Part shown: positions 17,332-24,521 of the stretch, in pieces | Layout of the letters: every line of letters begins with the position of its first letter | Numbering within the stretch: the first letter of the stretch is position 1 | Origin: an uncultured Candidatus Saccharibacteria bacterium | GTDB lineage: Bacteria; Patescibacteriota; Minisyncoccia; Minisyncoccales; JANBVM01 | Direction: 5' to 3' | NCBI GenBank assembly: GCA_964493485.1 | Contig: CAZBMQ010000001.1 | Coordinates: 43,616 to 107,615, forward strand | Length of the DNA: 64,000 bases | The notes under the pieces: generated by a model | What the model was told of the DNA's origin: nothing | Seen by the model: only the letters and a program-made list of their open reading frames with translations | The model's database searches: none | Program-made: the position numbers and the translations under genes

Positions 17332-17493
17332 TTAGGCCTTCCCTAAAATTCTAAACATCTTAGTGCCACATTTAGGACATTTTCCGGTTACAGCTCTTCT
17401 TTTTACCCCACCCTTTCCCTTCATTATTATTTCCTTTTCATCCTGCATTGTCTGCTTTTTTTTACATTTTACACAGTATCCTTGTGTTGCCAT
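17332..17493 (-). CDS. 53-aa Cys4 zinc-ribbon protein (DUF5679-like by recollection); absent from ORF track (<60 aa)
   Basis: Hand translation: MATQGYCVKCKKKQTMQDEKEIIMKGKGGVKRRAVTGKCPKCGTKMFRILGKA. A terminator lies 26 nt downstream. Confidence 0.6.
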   Translation of the reverse strand: MATQGYCVKCKKKQTMQDEKEIIMKGKGGVKRRAVTGKCPKCGTKMFRILGKA

Positions 17494-17561
17494 ATTGTTC
17501 TAAATTTAATTTTCCAAGACACGACCTTTAATAAATTAAACTAAATTTAATTTATTTTATC

Positions 17562-18125
17562 TTATTTTTTTAAAAAATGACAGTTAAAACACTCAAGTAC
17601 TATTGAGAGTATTGTCTTCACATCGATTATCTTTTTTTCTTTTATCATTTTCAAGGATTCTTGTAAATCAAATATCTTTACCCTGTTAATAACCTCTCCT
17701 TCTGTTTCGTCAAGAGATTGCTCTCCTTTTTTTAACATACTTGCCCTAAAAAGATGCATATATTCCTTTGTATAACCAGGAGAAACATAAAACTCCCCTA
17801 TCTTTTCTAATCTCCCTGCTTTAAATCCTGTCTCTTCCTTTAACTCTCTTTTGGCAGCTTCCTTTGGCTGTTCTCCTTTATCCACTTTGCCTGCTGGAAT
17901 CTCCCATAATTCTTTTTGAGCAGGAAAACGATACTGTCTAATCAATACTATTTTATTTTTACCCAACAAAGGCAGTACACCCACTGTATTGGGAAAATCA
18001 ACAATCTCTGCCTTCAATCTCTTATTTTTAAATTTAAACTCCACCACATCTAAAGATACTGCTCTTCCAGTAAATTTGTGTTCTTTTTTAATTATCTTAA
18101 TCTTTTGTTTCTTCTTGTTTTTCAT
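17562..18125 (-). CDS. NUDIX hydrolase (ADP-ribose pyrophosphatase-like)
   Basis: Nudix box GKVDKGEQPKEAAKRELKEETGF. Confidence 0.85.
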   Translation of the reverse strand: MKNKKKQKIKIIKKEHKFTGRAVSLDVVEFKFKNKRLKAEIVDFPNTVGVLPLLGKNKIVLIRQYRFPAQKELWEIPAGKVDKGEQPKEAAKRELKEETGFKAGRLEKIGEFYVSPGYTKEYMHLFRASMLKKGEQSLDETEGEVINRVKIFDLQESLKMIKEKKIIDVKTILSIVLECFNCHFLKK

Positions 18126-18676
18126 AGACCTAACTCTTCAGAGATCTTTTGCATTGAACACAACACAATCTCAATAAATTTTTCTAAAGATAAACTTAAA
18201 TATTCCTCACATTTTGCAATAATTTCTCTATTCGCTCCTCTGGCAAAAGCTTTTTCTTTAAAACGCCTTAAAACATTTTCCACCTTCAGCTCATTTATCT
18301 TTTTTGAAGGCAATACCAAAGTAGCAGCTACTATCAGCCCTGTCAAAGGATCAACGCAATACAGGGCTTTTGCCATCAGGCTGTTAGGTTCAATTCCATG
18401 TGCTTCATTATGAGTCAGCACTGCTTCACAGATTTCCTTATCTAAACCTGCTTTTTCAAGCATTTCACTTCCTTCTTTTGAATGCAACTCCATATTTTCT
18501 TTTACTCTTTCGTAATCAATATCATGCAATAAACCGCAAATCCCCCATTTTTCAACATCTTCTTTAAAATATTCAGCCAATCCTCTCATTGCTGATTCTA
18601 CTGCCAAACTATGTTTAAGTAAATTTTTGTTTTTTAAATTTTCTTTTAATAAATTTAAAGCCTGTTCTCTGTTCAT
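18122..18676 (-). CDS. HD-domain phosphohydrolase
   Basis: Motifs HSLAVESAM...GLLHDIDYE...LTHNEAHG. Has a 4-nt overlap with the downstream Nudix gene. Confidence 0.8.
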   Translation of the reverse strand: MNREQALNLLKENLKNKNLLKHSLAVESAMRGLAEYFKEDVEKWGICGLLHDIDYERVKENMELHSKEGSEMLEKAGLDKEICEAVLTHNEAHGIEPNSLMAKALYCVDPLTGLIVAATLVLPSKKINELKVENVLRRFKEKAFARGANREIIAKCEEYLSLSLEKFIEIVLCSMQKISEELGL

Positions 18677-18804
18677 ATTTTCTAATATTACTATATTATC
18701 TCATAATTTAAAACAAAATCTTCTCTTTTACAATCAATTAAGCTATAATAGATACTGATAAAAGTCTGTTTTTTTATTAAAAAATATAAAAATTTTCTTT
18801 TTCT

Positions 18805-19755
18805 ATGAAAAAAGAAAAACCAATATATATCACAGGTCATAAAAAACCAGATACTGACACAATCTGTTCTCCTATTGCCTATGCTGATTATTTGAATAAA
18901 AAAAATCCCTCATCTGACGGAAAAAAAGTCATTCCATGCAGATTGGGCAAGATAAATTCTGAAACCAGGTTTGTATTGAATTATTTTAAGGTAAAAATAC
19001 CAAAGCTTTTAAACAGCGCTAAAGGAAAAAGAATCATTCTGCTTGACCATAATGAAAAAACCCAAACCCTTGATGATATTGAAAAAGCAGAAATTATAGA
19101 AATCATTGACCACCACAAGATAAATTTTGAATACGAAAAGCCCATCTTTTTCCACACAGAACCTATTGGTTCTACTGCGAGCTTGATTGCAAAAAGGTAT
19201 TTTAATGATAAAAAAGCAAAGCTTTCAAAAAAAATTGCAGGCATACTCCTTTCTGCAATACTATCTGACACAGTGGTATTCCGCTCTCCAACCACAACAA
19301 AAGAAGATAAAGAAATTGCAAAAAAATTAGCTAAAATTGCAGGAATCAAGGATATAGAAAGTTTCGGTATTGAGATTAAAAAAGCAAAAGCCAGCCTGAA
19401 AGGAATGAAGGCGAAAGACATAATCTTTTCAGATTCAAAACAATACAAATTCGGCAATATAAAGCTTGGAGTGGGACAGGTAGAGGTATGCGGATTAGAA
19501 GAAGTAAATGCAAGAAAAAAAGAAATTCAAAAAGAATTAGAAAACTCAGCAAAAAAGGAAAATTATGATTTATTGGTATTAATGGCAACAGACATAATTA
19601 AAATGGGTTCCCTACTCTTGTTCTGGGAAAAAGAAAACTATATTGAAAAAGCTTTTAATAAAAAACCTAAAGACAATACTATTTATCTTAAAGGCGTAAT
19701 ATCAAGAAAAAAACAAATTATTCCCCCTTTGACCAAGCTATTTTCTAAAAAATAA
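18805..19755 (+). CDS. ppaC: Family II (DHH/DHHA2) manganese-dependent inorganic pyrophosphatase
   Basis: ITGHKKPDTDTICSPIAYADYLN and IIDHHK (DHH) motifs. ~310 aa with a DHHA2-like C-terminal half. Confidence 0.85.
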   Translation: MKKEKPIYITGHKKPDTDTICSPIAYADYLNKKNPSSDGKKVIPCRLGKINSETRFVLNYFKVKIPKLLNSAKGKRIILLDHNEKTQTLDDIEKAEIIEIIDHHKINFEYEKPIFFHTEPIGSTASLIAKRYFNDKKAKLSKKIAGILLSAILSDTVVFRSPTTTKEDKEIAKKLAKIAGIKDIESFGIEIKKAKASLKGMKAKDIIFSDSKQYKFGNIKLGVGQVEVCGLEEVNARKKEIQKELENSAKKENYDLLVLMATDIIKMGSLLLFWEKENYIEKAFNKKPKDNTIYLKGVISRKKQIIPPLTKLFSKK

Positions 19756-19783
19756 TTGGTTTGTTGTAAAGTAAAGAATAAAA

Positions 19784-19810
19784 ACGCAGAAGAAATTCTT
19801 CTGCGTTTTT
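19784..19810 (+). terminator. Intrinsic terminator ACGCAGAAG...CTTCTGCGT plus TTTT
   Basis: Perfect 9-bp stem, read directly. Confidence 0.7.
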
Positions 19811-19816
19811 AGGGTA

Positions 19817-19856
19817 TAAAAATACACAGGGTCGACCTGTGAATTACCTGTGTATT
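19817..19856 (-). terminator. Terminator of the giant surface-protein gene (AATACACAGG...CCTGTGTATT, 10-bp stem)
   Basis: Read directly. An alternative inner hairpin CACAGG-GTCGA-CCTGTG exists, and T-runs lie on both sides. Confidence 0.6.
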
Positions 19857-19889
19857 TTTTGTGTGTTATTAAGGGTTAAATTTTCCCTT

Positions 19890-22800
19890 TTATATTACCT
19901 TTTCCTTTTTTTGGAAGTACCAGGAAAGGAAGAAGCTAATCAAACCCAACAAAATGAATATCCATACATTCACACAGAAAGGCAATGTCTGTAAATAGCA
20001 TAGTACAGTTAATACCACAAGCAAAAGCATCCATATAAACCAAATCTTAGCTTGCTTCTTTCTTAACTTTCTCCAGTCATCCATAGCTTTTAACAATGAA
20101 TATCCAGCAAATACCAAGATTGACCAGCAAGGAAGACAGAGACAAGCGCCCCCAAACATTCCAGAAAAAAATCCACCAATACTAGCTAAAAGATTAGCAA
20201 AGAAGTTTCCTTCTGCTGGCTGCACTACCTCAGCCATCATTTCCTCTTCTGGAGCTTCAGCTTCTTCTACTACTTCTTCTTCAGAAGAAGTAGCTACAAC
20301 CTCCTCTTCAGGAAGACCTTCCTCTGCAGGAGGTACTTCTTCTGGACCACCCTCTGTTTCAGCAGGAGCGGCTTCTGGAACAGAAGGAAAAGTCTCTTCC
20401 ATCTTGCATAATGTGGAAAAACTATACTCTGGACTAAATACGGGAGGTGAAGCTGAAGAAACAATTCTGTAATAATAGGTAGTACAAGCTTTCAAGTCTG
20501 GAACAAATATGCTGTGCAAACTTACCATTCTAGTATCTGCTGGGTCAGGATAGGCATGAGCATAGCCATAGTAAGGCGGACTAGATTCATCTAAATTATG
20601 AGGTTCGTCTTCTCCAGAATAGATTATCTGGCTTGTAGAATCTAGATTGGTCTGCCAGTTAACAATTACATGATCCTCTGTAATGTCGAAATGATATTCA
20701 TTAAATATCCTCAATTCAGTTGTACCGCCTCTTCCACCAGCACCTTGTCCTCCTTCTCCTGTGCATACTGGATTCTGTGCACAATCTTCATCATCGCAAT
20801 CTGTATAACCATCGCAGTCATCATCTAATTGGTTATCGCAGACCTCTGAAGCTCCGGGATTAATATTAGAATTTGAATCATCGCAATCATCTCCTACCAA
20901 GCATAAAGGATCAGAATAGGCATAATAACCATCTTGGTCTGTATCAATACAACCATGTCCAGTGCCAGTGGTCCATCCTCCGCCGCCTCCTCCGCCGCCT
21001 CCTCCATCTCCAGATCCCTGACAATCAGAATCATTATCATCAACATCTCCATCACAATCATTATCTATTCCATCATCACAAATTTCAGTAGCCCCAGGAT
21101 TTACAGCAGAATTGGTATCATCACAATCTCCATCCTGAGTAGCTGTGTAGTCGCCTGAAGGCTCTGTTAAACATTGGCTATCACCTGTCACCCCATAACC
21201 ATCTTGGTCTGAATCTTTATAATAATTAGTGCATTCAGGCCCCTCTTCACAAGCTGGATTCTGTGCACAATCTTCATCATCGCAATCTGTATAACCATCG
21301 CAGTCATCATCTAATTGGTTGTCGCAGACCTCTGGAATAGGTTCTGAATCTGGAACACATTCTCCCCAAAAACCATCTTGCGTACATGTCTGAGTTCCAG
21401 CTGAACAAATACCTAATTGTCCTGTATCACAAACTCTTTGTTCTCCTGGTTCACACTCTTCTTCAATCATACAATCAGCTGAACAGCCATCACCATTTTC
21501 ATTGTTTCCATCATCACACTCTTCACCTTCTTCTACTATTCCATTGCCGCATACTGGTCCTGGAGGAGTTTCTTGTTCACAGAGGCAGGTATCCAAATTA
21601 CATACTGTGCCTTCTGGACAAGCACATTCATAGCCTATTTCACATTGTTCCTCTCCTTCTAAAACCCCATTACCACAGACTGGAGCACTGCATTCTTCAG
21701 TTGGTTGATAATATAACCTTACCCTGTCCCTATGAACATTGGTAATACTGCAGATATCACCTGTATTTTCTCCAGAGACAAAATTATATTCGTCATTTCC
21801 TGGTTTATCATTTTGAGGATCTCCTTCTACAATACCACACCCTTGGGTATCAGGTTTTTCATAACCTCCATCTGGTCCATTTTGAATCTGATCTATTAAG
21901 GCATTAATAAACTCAATATCAGCCTTAACAGATTCTCTTGTTTCTTTATGGTTAAATCCATAAGCGCTTATCTCAACGAAAAGACCAGTTTCATTTTCTC
22001 CTCTTTGAATATGAAGCCCAGGAACATCATCCTGGAAGGAGCTGACCTGAGGATCTATAATAGGATTTGTTCTATTGTCGGTTGTCAAAGGAATTACAAC
22101 CAAGGTTTGTCCGAAAGGCTCTGAATCATTCCCTACATACACATAATCAGACATATCAGCATGTTTGATAGCTCCCTCAGGATCGTAATTAGCAAAATAG
22201 GTTATATGAACCTTTAAGAAAGATTCACACTCTTCTTCAATCATACAATCAGCTGAACAGCCATCACCATTTTCATTGTTTCCATCATCACACTCTTCAC
22301 CTTCTTCTACTATTCCATTGCCGCATACTGGTCCTGGCTCTGGTTCGCAAAGACAGGTATCAGTATTGCACACATATCCGGGACAACAATCATATCCTAC
22401 CTCACATTCCTCACCCGGTTCTAAAATACCGTTCCCACAAACAGGTTCTGTTTCTTCTTGATAATTACCAAAATCCACATATACAGGTTCTTCACCTCCA
22501 AATGTAATCTCCTGATACAATGGTGTGGAGTTTATCCATCCTGACTGTAAAACCTCCTCTATTCTATAATCACCAGGCTCAACAGAGTTAAAGCAATAAT
22601 TACCATTTTCATCGGTTATATCACTGTCAACAACCTCCCAATCAGAAATACAATGAATAGCTTTTACTCCGTCTACATCAAAACCATCAACAACTCCTGT
22701 AAAATCATTAGGGTCTGTAACATCCTCCAGCTTTAAGTATTTAGCCCAAGCCAACCCATTTAAATCAAATTCACTATCCAAACACCCTATACCTAAATCC

Positions 22801-24107
22801 TCCCATGTACCGTCTGCACCTGTTTGCGAGGCAAAAACATGAACTTTTTCCGGATACTGAGTGCAACTTGGACTGCCATAAGAGGTCTCAACAACCTCTA
22901 TGTCGTTCCCAGCCCCATTAATAATATAATTATCAAATTTCAAAACCAAAGAACCACCAAAGCCCAAAGAAACAAAATTCAATGTATCATTGTATTGAGC
23001 AGGTCCTAAAGCCTTTGAAGAATCTGTTCTTTCTATATCAAGAGGATCTCCATTGCTCTTTGTACCCTGATTATATTCAATAACCTCATCTGCCCATTCT
23101 TCTCCTTCTTCACAAGCAACAGGTTTCTTTAATTGAATTGTCCAACCTGATAACCCTTGCTCTTCATCATTAATACCGTTTTGGTTCTCATCATAAAATT
23201 TTACTCCAGAGATATCACATTGCTGTTCACAAAGGCATGTATCTAAATTACATACTGTGCCTTCTGGGCAAGCACATTCATAGCTTATTTCACACTCTTC
23301 ACCTTCTTCTAAAATTCCGTTTCCGCATACAGGCTCTGGCTCTTGAACAAGAGCGTTAAAGGCAACACAATAATAAGTTTCTCCTAACTGAGGATTTTTA
23401 ATATAGTCGTAATTGTCGAAATTTAAAATATCATCATGACACCACATCTCAGCTGATATATCATTTTGAAGACTCCCTGGAGGATTAGCAAAGGGAATAT
23501 ATCCCTCTTGTAAATTTTCTCTTACCCAAATCTTTGAAGTTCCTTCTTGTAAATCATAAATCTCTACTTTGGCTGGAATTCCTCCTTCACCTGTTGAAGA
23601 ATCAAAATCATTCCACCCCGTGCCCTCTGGAGCAGGACCTATATAATCTCCTTGCTGTTTTTGTCCTTGAGGCCCCCATTGGAATTCCCAACCAGAAGCT
23701 AAAAAACATCTGCCCTGACTATTAGCAACATAGTCAGCCGCAGTATCTGCAGTAATAACCTCAGGCTCTCCCAGCTGTAATCCTTTTAAGCCCCAGTTTG
23801 GCAAATCTTCTTCACTTTCACAAATTACTTTATATGCAATAATCGTAAGTGGTGAGGGCTCTGGTTCCTCAGGTTCGCAGAGACAGGTTTGAGTATTGCA
23901 TACTGTACCCTCTGGACACATACACTCCCAACCTATCTCGCATTCCTCATCAGGATCTAATATGCCATCACCACAATATGGTTCACAAGGATGGCAAGCA
24001 AATGTGTTTCGAAAAAAACCAAAAAGTGCAAAACCTATAATAAAAGTAAAAAATAGTATTGCCTTTAAGTTTTTTTCTGAATTATTTCTTAGAGTTAATT
24101 TTTCCAT
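19890..24107 (-). CDS. 1405-aa Cys-rich giant surface protein
   Basis: N-terminal signal anchor. Repeated CGNG-[IV]-[LV]-E-x-GEECDDGN..DGCS..C modules (myxobacterial-type Cys-rich repeat, by recollection). One Cna-B/SdrD-like unit (DENGNYCFNSVEPGDYRIEE). DNDCDG metal-binding-like repeats and a Gly10 run. Acidic E/P/A/V linker, then C-terminal TM helices. Confidence 0.8.
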   Translation of the reverse strand: MEKLTLRNNSEKNLKAILFFTFIIGFALFGFFRNTFACHPCEPYCGDGILDPDEECEIGWECMCPEGTVCNTQTCLCEPEEPEPSPLTIIAYKVICESEEDLPNWGLKGLQLGEPEVITADTAADYVANSQGRCFLASGWEFQWGPQGQKQQGDYIGPAPEGTGWNDFDSSTGEGGIPAKVEIYDLQEGTSKIWVRENLQEGYIPFANPPGSLQNDISAEMWCHDDILNFDNYDYIKNPQLGETYYCVAFNALVQEPEPVCGNGILEEGEECEISYECACPEGTVCNLDTCLCEQQCDISGVKFYDENQNGINDEEQGLSGWTIQLKKPVACEEGEEWADEVIEYNQGTKSNGDPLDIERTDSSKALGPAQYNDTLNFVSLGFGGSLVLKFDNYIINGAGNDIEVVETSYGSPSCTQYPEKVHVFASQTGADGTWEDLGIGCLDSEFDLNGLAWAKYLKLEDVTDPNDFTGVVDGFDVDGVKAIHCISDWEVVDSDITDENGNYCFNSVEPGDYRIEEVLQSGWINSTPLYQEITFGGEEPVYVDFGNYQEETEPVCGNGILEPGEECEVGYDCCPGYVCNTDTCLCEPEPGPVCGNGIVEEGEECDDGNNENGDGCSADCMIEEECESFLKVHITYFANYDPEGAIKHADMSDYVYVGNDSEPFGQTLVVIPLTTDNRTNPIIDPQVSSFQDDVPGLHIQRGENETGLFVEISAYGFNHKETRESVKADIEFINALIDQIQNGPDGGYEKPDTQGCGIVEGDPQNDKPGNDEYNFVSGENTGDICSITNVHRDRVRLYYQPTEECSAPVCGNGVLEGEEQCEIGYECACPEGTVCNLDTCLCEQETPPGPVCGNGIVEEGEECDDGNNENGDGCSADCMIEEECEPGEQRVCDTGQLGICSAGTQTCTQDGFWGECVPDSEPIPEVCDNQLDDDCDGYTDCDDEDCAQNPACEEGPECTNYYKDSDQDGYGVTGDSQCLTEPSGDYTATQDGDCDDTNSAVNPGATEICDDGIDNDCDGDVDDNDSDCQGSGDGGGGGGGGGGWTTGTGHGCIDTDQDGYYAYSDPLCLVGDDCDDSNSNINPGASEVCDNQLDDDCDGYTDCDDEDCAQNPVCTGEGGQGAGGRGGTTELRIFNEYHFDITEDHVIVNWQTNLDSTSQIIYSGEDEPHNLDESSPPYYGYAHAYPDPADTRMVSLHSIFVPDLKACTTYYYRIVSSASPPVFSPEYSFSTLCKMEETFPSVPEAAPAETEGGPEEVPPAEEGLPEEEVVATSSEEEVVEEAEAPEEEMMAEVVQPAEGNFFANLLASIGGFFSGMFGGACLCLPCWSILVFAGYSLLKAMDDWRKLRKKQAKIWFIWMLLLVVLTVLCYLQTLPFCVNVWIFILLGLISFFLSWYFQKKEKVI
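20768..20848. repeat. 81-nt intragenic repeat, copy 1 (80/81 identical to 21254-21334)
   Basis: Encodes EVCDNQLDDDCDGYTDCDDEDCAQNP. Read directly. Confidence 0.85.
21254..21334. repeat. 81-nt intragenic repeat, copy 2
   Basis: See 20768-20848. Confidence 0.85.
21450..21563. repeat. 114-nt intragenic repeat, copy 1 (apparently identical to 22224-22337)
   Basis: Encodes PGPVCGNGIVEEGEECDDGNNENGDGCSADCMIEEECE. Compared by eye. Confidence 0.85.
22224..22337. repeat. 114-nt intragenic repeat, copy 2
   Basis: See 21450-21563. Confidence 0.85.
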
Positions 24108-24162
24108 AATTTTATAAGTTCTTTTTAGAACTAATTATTTATTTTATTTATGCCACTAATAA

Positions 24163-24192
24163 GTTATAGGCATAAATTACGAGCATTGTCAA
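24163..24192 (-). promoter_or_regulatory. Candidate proximal promoter of the giant gene (TTGACA-N18-TATAAC)
   Basis: -35 is the complement of 24187-24192 and -10 is the complement of 24163-24168, ~55 nt upstream of the ATG at 24107. A second candidate, TTGACA-N17-TAAGAT, lies at 24376-24404. Confidence 0.45.
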
Positions 24193-24404
24193 TAACCTGA
24201 CCTTTGGTTCACAAAATATTTATGAAACACACCAAAAATGGGCTAAAGTTTTAGCTTTGTATAAACAAAGGATAAATGTCTTAATTTTTGTCAATGAGTA
24301 CTTTTTATCTTTAACAGATAAAAAGACAAAGAAGAAAAAGAAAGAACTATTATTCTAAAACTCTAAAGATGATAAATCTTATAAGGAAAAATAAGTATTG
24401 TCAA

Positions 24405-24436
24405 ATTGAATAATCAATTAATTGAATAATCAATTA
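24405..24436. repeat. Perfect tandem 2 x 16 nt ATTGAATAATCAATTA, each an ATTGA-N4-TCAAT palindrome
   Basis: Read directly. Sits just upstream of the distal TTGACA box. Confidence 0.85.
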
Positions 24437-24460
24437 AATTAATTACTTAAATGTCAAAGA

Positions 24461-24521
24461 TTAGGACATTTTAATTCTATGTCCTAATTTTGTCCTATTT
24501 TAGTGTCCTAATTTTGTCCTA
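24461..24521. promoter_or_regulatory. Cluster of five TGTCCTA/TAGGACA motifs (one inverted pair forming a 9-bp hairpin, then GTCCTAATTTTGTCCTA x2)
   Basis: TAGGAC at 24462; GTCCTA at 24481, 24492, 24505 and 24516 (spacings 11, 13, 11). The cluster overlaps the last codons of 24500-27553. Confidence 0.5.

Noticed and set aside
20873-24117. Plus-strand ORFs inside the giant surface-protein gene (20873-21091, 20934-21158, 21386-21745, 22276-22461, 22824-23009, 23534-23725, 23849-24040, 23896-24117).
   Set aside because: They are shadow ORFs of a long, compositionally biased gene. The minus-strand frame carries coherent domain repeats over its whole length.
24405-24521. Possible CRISPR-like array (short direct repeats).
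   Set aside because: There are only two contiguous copies of each unit with no unique spacers, the units are 16-17 nt, and there are no cas genes in the window.
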